NCBI GenBank assembly: GCA_964016885.1
Contig: OZ024742.1
Coordinates: forward strand, 314,774,001-314,838,000
Source of the DNA: Eledone cirrhosa
Lineage: Eukaryota
Direction: 5' to 3'
DNA: 64,000 bases
Both the position numbers and the translations under genes were made by a program. Positions 1-14,956 of this stretch are shown here, piece by piece; position 1 is the first letter of the stretch, and each line of letters opens with the position of its first letter. The notes beneath the pieces are model-generated. The model was not told the DNA's origin and ran no database searches. It saw nothing but the letters and a program-made list of their open reading frames with translations.

Positions 1-39
1 GGATTTAGTTTCGAGCATAGCTGTATACAGATATGTATT

Positions 40-578
40 AGAATTTTGCATTCTTAAAGAAATGCGGTATGTTTATAAATAAACATTTAGAAAGCCGTAG
101 CTCTGCAAAATCACCAGCGGCTACCACCACCTGGCGGTGTCCAGTAGAAGAAGCGAGGGGGACAATCATCAATGCGCATTTCGAACTGAACTGGTTCTCG
201 TCAAGACGATCCCTCCCGCTTTGCCACTGTTGGATTTTGAAAACAGGCGAGAATATATAGTTCCTCATCTGTGTAAATGAGATGATTAATCTCATTTGCA
301 TATAAAGCTGTAAAAGTTGGCTCAACTTATAATAGAATATAATTAGGATGAAGCTTCGAGCATAGCTGTATAGAGATATGTATTAGAATTTCGTATGTCT
401 AAAGAGCGGGAGGGATAGTCCTAACGAGAACCAGTTCAGTACGAAATGCGCATCGATGATTGTCTCCCTTGCTTCTACTGGACACTACCAGGTGGCGATA
501 GCGGTTGGTGTTTTTCATAGCTACGGCTTTCTAAATGTTTATTTATAAACATACCCTTTCTTTAGAAATACGAAATTC
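40..578. repeat. Fold-back (inverted) repeat with degenerate hammerhead in each arm; probable PLE terminal remnant
   Basis: ~40-222 is the approximate reverse complement of ~401-578. Each arm has an HHR motif with a different core mutation: minus 165-210 has TTGACGA, plus 415-460 has CTAACGA, and both continue gaac..g(t/a)c GAAA tgcgca tH gatgat. Confidence 0.7.
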
Positions 579-588
579 CGATACATAT

Positions 589-624
<36 letters not shown>

Positions 625-625
625 A

Positions 626-720
<95 letters not shown>

Positions 721-1264
721 ATATATGTATATATGTATACATATTCTTTTGCTAAAAGGAACATTTTCGTATACATGGTTAAGTGGTATTGTATGAGAAA
801 TTGGCACTAAGATTTTGTGATGAAGCGAATATTTCCACTTGTCATGGCACATCAGTATTTTCTCTTGTTATGAATATATTTCGCCAATCTGTTTATACGG
901 GAAAACGGCTACACGTACTTTTAGTATATAATGAAATTTCTGATACATATGAGGTGAAAAGTATTTCTGAAATTTGAATCTACGTAGTGAGGTATTTTTC
1001 CAATGTCTTAGCATTCCTGACATTAAATAATTCTCTTTGTCATTGACGCCAGCTGTCAGCCTTTCGGGAACTAATGTTTTTCCAAGTGCATGAAACATAA
1101 AATGTCTTTCTTGTCGGAATTACTTGTCTAATGACGACTTGTCTAATGACGATTCTGAAGAATTGCAAATAGTAGTCAACATGCACGAAACACTATTTTC
1201 TACTAAGTGTTCCTTTTATTTCTGCTACTAGAGTAATATTGATGCAGATTTATGAAGTCTTGTA

Positions 1265-1500
1265 TTTTAGTGGTTAACAGTATTCGGCTCCTAATTATAA
1301 GATCATGAGCGTGATTTCCAGTGATACATTTAGCTCTTGCGCAAAACACTTCATTTCACGTCGATTCAATCCGCTGAGATGAAAATCAAATTAGTTATAT
1401 TTGTATTTCAAAGGGCGTCTCTTATCACACAGTGTCACACTGAATCTCTGTAATATGTTAAGTGTACCCAAATCTGTGTAATGTTGAAACATTTGCCCCT
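1265..1500 (+). mobile_element. Degenerate tRNA-derived SINE (family B)
   Basis: tagtggtta A-box-like head followed by ttgcgcaaaacacttcatttcacg, similar to 62958-63100. Confidence 0.45.
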
Positions 1501-2016
1501 TAGTATCTCAACTGATCCGTTTCATTGATAGAAAGAACAAGTACACTTCTCGTCGAAATCTATGGAGGCCCAACAACAAGAAATATACCAGAATTGCTGC
1601 TGAATGTCCTTTTACTCTTAGATAATATTTCAAAATTCTTTCATATAATGTGAATGAATGGTATGATTATCTAAACCTATACAATGCACAAATTGTAGAA
1701 GTAAATATTTTATTGTCATTCTACGCATTTGTGGAATATTTAAAATTGGGAAACTGTTAATTTGAAATGCTAATCTTGAAGAAATATTGGCGCGTGTGAC
1801 TGTTAAATTTGAGCATGAAACTTGGTTAGAACAAGCGAAGAAAAATAGAATCCCATGTCAGAAAAGGTTAGGTATATGATGATGGATTCTTCTTCAATTC
1901 CGTTCCGAGGTTTTCTTAACGTCACTTTCCCAAGATGCTTGAAGAGCGATGGAACAAGCGTCCTCGTTATTTCGAGGCAAATTTCTTAACCCCTTAGCTG
2001 TCTATGCGTCTAGTAG

Positions 2017-3790
2017 AAAGGTTCTCAAAAGGTGGCATATGCACCCCTGGGGGGGGGGCATTTCGGAACTCCAGGGTGCGTTTGGGGGCAGGGGGCGTTA
2101 GGGGAGGGGGGAGGGAGTCGTTTGGAGCTTTGAGGGGAACTGGAAGGCTCTTTACTTTGGTAAGTTTTATAAGCCATATTTGTATGTCTTTGAGACAGCC
2201 AGTGTGAATGCATTTGAATGAGCATGCATACACCATAACTATGGTCTACCGCAGCTGTAAGCAGGTGTGCAGGCGTGTCTAGATATTAACCGGCAAGTGA
2301 GATCCTACCAAGGACAAACCCGCAGACAACTGGGTCAAAGACACTTTGAGCGCAGCCAGTTAGAATCTTGTCTTTCCTTCACCGATAACAATGTATTGCA
2401 TGTCTGAAATTATTGACTCAACCGTAACGAGTTAACACTATGTAGATCTATTTTATTTCCTATTGTATAAATAATATTACAAATAAAAAAGAAAAAAAAA
2501 CACAGAAGCGGACCACAACAACACATAAGCAGGTAATACACGCATCGAGGACCACATACAACACACAAGCAGGTAACACATACAGCTGGGACCACATGCA
2601 ATACATAAGCAGGTAATACATACATCTAGACCAAATGCAACACACATTGTATCGTGTGCTACGGGCGACGCAAGAGCAATGGTCGGCCAAAATAAGGGTT
2701 TCGTCACTCTTCTGAAGAGAGAAAATCTATCTGTATTTGTTGTTCATTGTGTCATTCGTCGACAACACTTGGCTGCGAAGAAACTCAGCATGCCGCTAAG
2801 CAAGTCCTTGCAGGTGGCCATTGGTGTCATCAATTTTATCAAACGGCATTCCCTCAATAAACGAATTTTCCGGCAACTGTGCCAAGATAATGACGAAGAA
2901 TTTGTCAAGTTGCTCCTTCTAGTGCCTTACTCACTTCTTTGAACTGTTCGACTGTATCATTGAGTTTGTGCGAGGACGCAACACAGAACTGTACGAGTAA
3001 ACCCTCGATGTGAGGCAAGACTGCGCGTACCTCACTGACATCTTCGACAAATACAATAGCGTCATTCTGGCTTTGCAGGGAAGAAGATCACCTTGTATAA
3101 AGTAAGGAATGCTGTGAAAACATTCCTGGACAAATTGAATGTCATCGAAAGGAATCTTTGTTGACGGGAAGTCTATAATTTTCCTAGTGTCGCCAATGTT
3201 CAAAACATTGTAAGCGATGACCAACTCCAAATTTATACCGCTCACCTCCGTGCGCTACAAGACAACATGGGAGAACTGTTTGTCGACCTTTTGCCGATGG
3301 ACATTCCAATGTGGGTAGCAGATTCCTTCATAGCTAACGTCGATGATTTGGACGTTATTTTTCAGGAAGAATTCATTGAACTTCAAGCAGATCACATGAT
3401 CAAAATTAGATTTCCCAAAATAAGTGAACCCCTTTTTTTGGATGCAAGAGGAAATTTAGCATCGATTTCCACACCTACATGCAGAGGCTAAGAGATTTGC
3501 TCTGCCTTTTCCAAGCTCATACTTAGTGAAGAGGAGGTTTGGTGCTGTTTCCAGACTGCACAGTAAGGCTCGCAACCGCTACAATGTAATTACTCGTGGA
3601 GATCTCTGGCTCCATCTTACGAAAATTCAGCCTTTGATTTATCCGAAAACTTGGATGTGTTATTGTTACAAAGCAAACTAACAATTATTTGTATTTGTAG
3701 TTGCAGTCTGACTGGACTGGAAACCATCTACTACAATTCACTTACTCATTTGTTGTATATATTTTACCATTTACTAATAAATATACCCTC
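2017..3790 (+). mobile_element. Decayed hAT DNA transposon (Buster/Charlie/ZBED5-SCAND3-like transposase relic)
   Basis: Frameshifted ORF pieces: VHCVIRRQHLAAKKL (CxxH-region motif) and LPFPSSYLV..RFGAV...RNRYNV..RGDLWLHLT (hAT C-terminal dimerisation region). A GC-rich Charlie-like terminal segment lies near 2017-2150. Confidence 0.75.
2505..2650. repeat. ~40-bp minisatellite, 3-4 copies
   Basis: Recurring accaca..caacacataagcaggtaa(t/c)aca unit. Confidence 0.7.
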
Positions 3791-5400
3791 CCGCGTGGTC
3801 ATGAAAACCGTCTTCCGTGGTCTCTAAGCTCACAAAGCAGAGGGGACATCAAGTTAGATATCAACATTTATTCTGTCCGTTCATTAAAGGGAAAATTGGA
3901 AAGCTTTCAAATGATATAATTGCCACTTTCTCCAGATAAGAGGACTCTTTGGATAGATAGAGTTGCTCTTGTATAAATGTTCAAAATAGCTGGTGGGAAA
4001 TAACAATTCAACCGGTCCTTATTCATAAAAAAGAACATTTATGTTCCTTTTTTTTTATTTATATATTTCCTTTCAAGGAATGTATTTATACTCTCAGCTG
4101 CCTGCAATGGTATCTTTGGCATATTGTTAATCAATTATTTACTAATTTACTGATATCAAAATCAGTAGTATATTAAAACATGGAAAAATAGGGTAGGGGG
4201 CGTTTCATGATTTCGAAGGACAAATGGCCTAAATCGGTTGAGAACCTGTGGTCTAGTACATGCACACATGGTAACTAAATTGTAAGATATACCAAAACAG
4301 AAAATATTGGAAACTGGATTTAACCCAATACTATACGATGCCATTACTTAAAGAATTTTAATGAATATTTGAAATTATAAATACATGTTCTACATTATAG
4401 GTTCATATTCATTAATTCTGTTGGTGTAAATTATTGGAAACAAACTTCATTTAGTACCACTGTGGAGAATGGACTAGATACCGACTCATGTAGATTTGCT
4501 TAGTAATTACTGATTTATCAGAAGAGTTTATTTCTTCAGAACTTAGAGAGGGGTAGGAAGAATTGAAGGGAAAGTGAAAGAGAGACAATCACTATCTTAA
4601 AGCAACTTACGGAAAATGAGATGAGCAAATGTTTTCATTTACAAATCAATACATTCATATGATTTGAGTAATATATGTCTATTAAACCAATGATTTGAAG
4701 AAGAAAACAAATTATAAAAATACAAACAAATATTATTAAAACAGTTAACAGAAGCAATTGATCAAACAATTTTCAATGGAATTATGAGAAGGCAGCAGAA
4801 ATGATACTGGAGAATTACAAATTCAAAGACAACCAGATTCAGTGGTGTTGAAGCTTTCTCCCCTCCCTGAAACCACGTTATTCTCTCTTTTCCCTCCTGT
4901 TTGTTTCTCTGTTTTCCTTTCTCTCTTGTTATTAAGAAATTTAAGATCCTCTTTAATCTAAAATGTAGGTGCTAGTTATAGACAATAAAAATAAACTATG
5001 TATTTGTAGAAACACACATATACGTGCGTGCGTATGTTCGTATGTATATATGTATGTTTGAATAAGTGTTTAATATAATTTTCGTTATTTTATAGTGCAC
5101 AAAACAATTCTATACAAATATGTATGTTAGGGAATATATGTGTGTGATCGTGTGTGCCTACGTTCTTTATTCCTATATAAATGTATATATGAATATATTT
5201 ATGTTACACTATATGAATGTTATACGAACATGTATAATTTGTATGATATGGGTTTGTAACTACAACTTAAATCTACACAGTGTAATACATACGAATACGA
5301 TTTTTATTACATTTTAGGATTTCTCATTGACATTTATTTATAATCTCTGAGAAAAGGTGTTTTGTAAACAGTAGCAATTTGGATAAAGTAAATTACTTAC

Positions 5401-5525
5401 CTCTGACACTGTGCAAGTCCAATATAAGTTCTCCCAGGACCAAGGCGCAGTCAAGAACGCACAAAATAACAACGGTTAAAATCACAAAGCGGCTGTGGAA
5501 AAACATCTCTCCTTTTCGACGTAAT
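5401..5525 (-). CDS. HVCN1: Internal exon of a voltage-gated proton channel (Hv family), S0-S1 segment
   Basis: tttcag|...|gtaagt splice sites around a 125 bp open exon encoding LRRKGEMFFHSRFVILTVVILCVLDCALVLGELILDLHSVR. This aligns by eye to human Hv1 [29 protein letters not shown], including the D112-equivalent Asp. The exact molluscan paralog is unknown. Confidence 0.85.
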
Positions 5526-5994
5526 CTGAAATTATTGAAATATATATTACAACTAATGGTGTACATGAAATTTATAAACTATACTTTATAGTGATCCATT
5601 CTTATAATGATTAAATTTTATTGATATAGAATATATTTTTTCACTGGACGGTCCAGACAACCAAGGAGACAATTGCCGTTTTATTGGAAAAGAAAAACAG
5701 ACGAAAAAGGATTTACTGAAACAAAGATACTATAATATTTATATATTGAATTATAGTTATATTATTATAATAAATAGAAATTATGTTGTGTGATAAATAT
5801 TGCTCGCCCGAGAGGAAGCCTCATGAATTCTATCTGTCCGGACTATATACGTATATGTATACACACATACTTACACACACACATACACATACATATTATA
5901 TATATATATATATATATATATAGGTTATTCTGGCTTCAATCGGGGGTAATCACAGTAAGTAAGGTACTCAATTCATAGCAGAGTATAAATGTTT

Positions 5995-6420
5995 TAATAT
6001 AGCAAAGCTTCTACATGACTAGAACTGTTTCATTCGTGAGAAATCATCAGAAAACTGACTGTCCAAGTAAATGTAGTGGTATTTAAATCTTTTCTGGTGG
6101 TAGGAGAGGGTGGGAATTGGGATGGGTGGAGGTCATTGGTTGATGGATTTAAAGAAAAGGTGGTTCATTAAAAGCTAATACTTTAAAGGTATAATATTAT
6201 CAAAGGGAGAAAGAATACTATAAACAAGTTCAAAATTGGAATATCAATACTTGTTTATCTCTTACACTAACAATGCCTGTAAGACAGGTGTCTACAGGAT
6301 GGGTGCGGTTCAATGGTTTATATTGTGAAGTTTCTCTTAATTTATATTCCAGGTGTCAACAAGCACATTCACATACTTGCCCACGTACACACGTACAGAC
6401 ACATATGCACACACAGGCAG
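5995..6420 (-). mobile_element. PLE-like 3' terminal fragment with degenerate HHR-like end (family also at 12470-13005 +, ~23140-23190 -, ~55729-55765 +)
   Basis: Approximate reverse complement of 12470-13005. Its end reads ctgatgatttctcacgaatgaaacagttctagtc and lies near (TA)n. Confidence 0.6.
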
Positions 6421-6457
6421 GCACACATACACACAGCAAACATACATATACATACAT

Positions 6458-6566
<109 letters not shown>

Positions 6567-6705
6567 TACATATATATTTATATATATATACATATACATA
6601 TACACATACACACATACATACACTTACATACACATATATATATGTACCTATATATACACATATATATCAAAATGAAAATCCGTAGGCAAGGTAAAATTTA
6701 CACAC

Positions 6706-6771
<66 letters not shown>

Positions 6772-6803
6772 GTGTGTAAATTTAATATATATATATATAG
6801 AAG

Positions 6804-6871
<68 letters not shown>

Positions 6872-6994
6872 AATATATACATATACACACACATACACAT
6901 GTATATAAATACATATATACATATAACCTGTTGAGAAAGTGACTCCCTTGTTCAATCATCTTACCAAAAGCTTAACATTATTTGTCTAAGCAGA

Positions 6995-7187
6995 TGGATT
7001 GGGCGGTGGGCTGGCAGTATCGGTAGAGGGTCGGACGCCATGCTTTGACGCATAGAGTTACGGCCCTTGCCATACTGAGTTCAAATCCCGCCGAGGTTAA
7101 CTTTGCCTTTCATCCTTACGAGGTCGATAAAATAAAGTACCAGTAATGTACTGGGTAATTGCTGGCCTTGTGCCAAAAGTAGAAACA
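6995..7187 (+). mobile_element. tRNA-derived SINE (family A) with 18-bp TSD
   Basis: tggcagtatcggtag A-box, gagttcaaatccc B-box, and a conserved gcctttcatcc..gtcgataaaataaagtacc body. TSD attatttgtctaagcaga at 6977-6994 and 7188-7205. Confidence 0.85.
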
Positions 7188-7485
7188 ATTATTTGTCTAA
7201 GCAGACAGTACGTGATTTAGGAGTCGCAGAAACCCAAATGCTGGATTTTACCAACCATCCAGGGGTCCGGGTAAATTTTTCAATCACTTTTTTTATTTGT
7301 TTGACCCGAATTACTTGGTCGTTTCTATGGCTGTGCGGATAATGGTTTAACCATCGTCTCAGTGTGTTTGGCCTTTTAACGTATGTTGTAGCTCTGGTTC
7401 GTTAGAATTTATTGAGCGCTTGCCACACATCTCGGAAGTTGTATTTCGCTAATTTCCAATAGCCCGATTCTCGCTAATATATATT

Positions 7486-10543
<3,058 letters not shown>

Positions 10544-10767
10544 ATGCGTATATGTATGTATATGCGTATATGTCTGTATATATATATATATATATATATA
10601 CAGACATATACGCATATACATACATATACGCATACATATATACGCACATACACACAAAAATACACATACATACATAAATACAGCCACTCATCCAAATACG
10701 TACATACATACACTCATAAATATACACATATACACACACACATACATGTATAAATAAGAAGTACGCT

Positions 10768-11520
10768 CTACATGTGGAAAAAGAAGATAGGTAAGAAGTA
10801 CTTACATAACAAACAGCCGTGTTGCGGGCCGAAAAGTGGTAGGGGTAGGGTGGGAAGGAGGAGGAGGGGGTATTTTGTCGATTGTTTTTTTTTTATTTTG
10901 AAAATCTTATTTAGCCATCTGTGCATGCAATTCGGGCAGTGTTCAGAGAGTGTGTTCAATAGCGGGCTCTTGGCAAATAATATTTCGTATCTCTCTGAAA
11001 TACAAAGGTCGCAGCACTTGGCCTGCCTTGTATGAGCGCGCATCTAGAGTATTTTCCATTTAAGCATGAAGGCGGGGGGGGGGTCCTTTTGAGGTTCCAG
11101 ACAGAGGAGGCGAGTGTCGTCTGGTTAGATTTGTCCGGTCTCCCTGAAAGAGTGGGTATGGGCATACCACAGGGTCTTATCGGAAGTCATGCCGATGTTA
11201 GTATTTTTGTTGGTGTCGTCATCGGTGCCTGATATGACATCACATTTGTATACGATGCCATTTGTCAGGCATTTGTTTTCAAGTGGGCAGGCTTCCTTAT
11301 TTAGGCAGCTGCAGAAGGCTTCTGTCCGGGGATTGGGTTCGGAGGTAGTAGGCTTATTTAATTTTTTAGAGTTGAGATTGGCTATAATCCTAGCTAGGTT
11401 AGATGTAGTGGGTAAGGAGAGTCTTATTGTGTTCTTATTGAAGATGGTGTTGTACCTATGTAGTATGGGGAAATGTGTGTTCAGCAAAATGTAGAAAGTC
11501 CTAGCTATAGGTGTAGAGAC
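10768..11520 (-). pseudogene. Penelope-like element 3' ORF fragment (RT thumb, CxC linker, GIY-YIG endonuclease), frameshifted
   Basis: Peptides [52 protein letters not shown] and CCDLCISERYEIL..NCMH parallel the C-terminus of the 14957-16990 ORF. Confidence 0.85.
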
Positions 11521-11577
11521 CTCCCTATTGTGTAGAGACCTCTCTATGTGTACGTATGTATATCTATGTATGTACGT

Positions 11578-11647
<70 letters not shown>

Positions 11648-11816
11648 ATATGTGTGTATATGTATATATTTATATATATATATGTGCATATATATATATG
11701 TGTGCGTGTGTGTATATATGTATATATATATATTTATATATAAATATATTTGTGTGTATATATATGTATATATATGTGTATGTAAGTGTATGTATGTGTG
11801 TATGTGTATATATGTG

Positions 11817-11903
<87 letters not shown>

Positions 11904-11944
11904 TGCTAGCGTGGAGATAGACGTTAAACGATGATGATATATAT

Positions 11945-12392
<448 letters not shown>

Positions 12393-12469
12393 CGTGTGTG
12401 TGTGTGTGTGTGTGTATGTTTGGGTGTGGGTGGGTGTATGTGTGTGTGTGTATTTACAGGTATGTTTGT

Positions 12470-13005
12470 TGTGTGTGTGCCTGCCTATGTGTGCATATGT
12501 GTGTGTACGTGTGTAAGTGGGCGCGTGTGTGAATGTGCTTGTTGACACCTGGAATATACATTAAGAGAAACATCACAATAAGTGGACGCCCTCCAACACT
12601 TGAAACTGTTTATAGAACTCTTTCTGCCTTTGTCACCCTTATTTCAGCCTTAAAGTATTAGCTTCTAAAGAATTTCCCTTTTCTTTAAACCAATGAATCC
12701 CACCCATCCTGTAGACACCTGACTTACAGGCATTGCTAGTTTAAGAGATAAACACGGATTGGTATTCAAATCTAATTTGTTTACAGTATTCTTTCTCCCT
12801 TTGTTAATACTATAGCTTTAAATAATTAGCTTTTAATGAACTCCCTTTTCATTAAATCCATCAACCAATGCTCCACCCATCACAATCCCCACCCTCTCCT
12901 ACCACCAGAATAGATTTAAATACCACCACATTTATTTGGACAGTCAATTTCCTGTTGATTTCTCACGAATGAAACAGTTCTAATCCTGTAGAAGCTTTTC
13001 TATAT
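12470..13005 (+). mobile_element. PLE-like 3' terminal fragment, inverted relative to 5995-6420
   Basis: Approximate reverse-complement similarity to 5995-6420; ends just before (TA)n. Confidence 0.6.
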
Positions 13006-13450
13006 AAAAAAAAATACATATATATATATATATACATATATATATAATTGTCTCATAAACTCAGCTGCTATTTTTAGCGGCATGAGTATGGGAGGCGTTA
13101 GGCGCTGTAACATGTGCGTTTATACCTGCGCATCGTTCAGTCTTCTTTGATCCTTTCAAGTGAAAGGTACGATATTTCATGGATACCCGCAGAAGAGCAC
13201 AGGAATTCTAGCTTTCACATAATAATTCCTGCGAAACAGATTCATGTCCGTCAGGGTATCATAGGCTATTTGCCCGATATGGGTTTGTTATTTTTATTGA
13301 TTTAATCGAGTCAGGCAAACCATATTGTTTTAAATTAGTATTTTTCAACCTAGCTAACTTGGTCATTTGCAATTGGAACACATGTATTGTTATATCTGTG
13401 TTCATCCCTCTCATATATCCAATTATATATATATATATATATATATACTG

Positions 13451-13524
<74 letters not shown>

Positions 13525-13647
13525 GGAGGTGAGTTTTATTGTAGTACAATAAAGCAATGCAGATATCGGATAAGAAGCACTCTACAGTTTGTGGGACTGG
13601 AGTATGCATAATATAAGATCAAAAGATGGTTAAAGGAGTTCAATATA

Positions 13648-13714
13648 TTTTATTATGCGCATTTCAAAAACAAACATCATCAAACAATAATATTTGTGTT
13701 TTCATCAGATAAAA
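13648..13714 (-). ncRNA. Type I hammerhead ribozyme in PLE left (inverted) arm
   Basis: Reverse complement of 18181-18247. Confidence 0.85.
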
Positions 13715-14956
13715 CAGGAGAACATGATATGAAGGCTAAAAAAAACACTTGCTGATAGTGCAGTTTTAAATCAACATATGAAAAGTGGTTTTAGATTGAT
13801 GTGTGATATTGGGAAAAATATTTTATTTAGAGAGGGGGGGAGAGAAAAGGATGAAAAGGGAAGGAGATGAGAGGGAGAGATGGGTGATAGAGAGAAAGAG
13901 ATAGTTTTTATAACTGAGAGGAGATATATTTTATATAGAGGGGTTGAAAACCGTTGGAAGATACTGTATAAATTAAAAATTTTGAAAATTAACGAAGGGA
14001 GGATATGTGCGAGGAAAAAATATATTATATTTAGGGAGGGGGGGGGGAAAGGATGAAAAAAAGGGGAGGAGATGAGAGTGAAGGTGGAAAGGGAGAGATG
14101 GGTGATAGAGAGAAAGAGATAGTTTTTATAACTGAGAAAAAGATATAATGTTTTAATATAGAGAGGTTGGGAACCGTTGGAAGATAATGTATAAATTAAA
14201 GGAATTTGAAAATTAACGAAGGGAAATTATGTATGGAGATAGAGAGAAAAAAATAATAATTGTGGGTGAATATTCTAACGTCAAAAGAAGAAATGTAGGA
14301 ATTTTAAAATTAGCAAAGAGAAAAAGTTTATGTGTAGAAGGATTTGAGAAAAATAATGTGAAGTTAAAGTTTGTATATTGAATTCATATGTATTAATAAT
14401 GAGTTCGTTGATGGGGAGAAAAAAATAATAATAAATTAAGGATGAAATTGAGATTAAAAAGATTTATGATAGAGAGAAAAAATAATAATGATTGCGGATG
14501 AATACTCAAAATGTCAAAAACAAATGTTATTGTTTTACGAGGAGATAGAATGAGGGTGATGAGTAAACGAGTATTATAGAGTGTATAATGCCCTTTAAAG
14601 TAAGGTAGATGGGTATATTTTAAAGAATATATGAGTATATATTAAAAAAATATATAATAATAAATTAAGGATGAAATTGAGATTAAAAAGATTTATGATA
14701 GAGGGAAAAAATAATAATGATTGCGGATGAATATTCAAAATGTCAAAAACAAATGTTATTGTTTTACGAGAAGATAGGATGAGGGTAATGAGTAAACGAG
14801 TATTATAGAGTGTATAATGCCCTTTAAAGTAAGGTAGATGGGTATATTTTAAAGAGGTGTATGTATATGTGCCTTTGAGAAAAGATTCTAAATTGATAAA
14901 GAATTGAATATTAACTGTATACTTTGTGAAAAGTTCTATGGAATTTATGCAGGCAG

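Noticed and set aside
868-1098. 76-aa minus ORF as the next Hv exon
   Set aside because: No recognisable S2-S4 motifs and no clear splice-site pair.
6003-6060. CUGAUGA...GAAA motif as an active HHR (also 12950, 23140, 55729)
   Set aside because: I could not form a convincing stem I or stem III, so it is kept only as a degenerate terminus.
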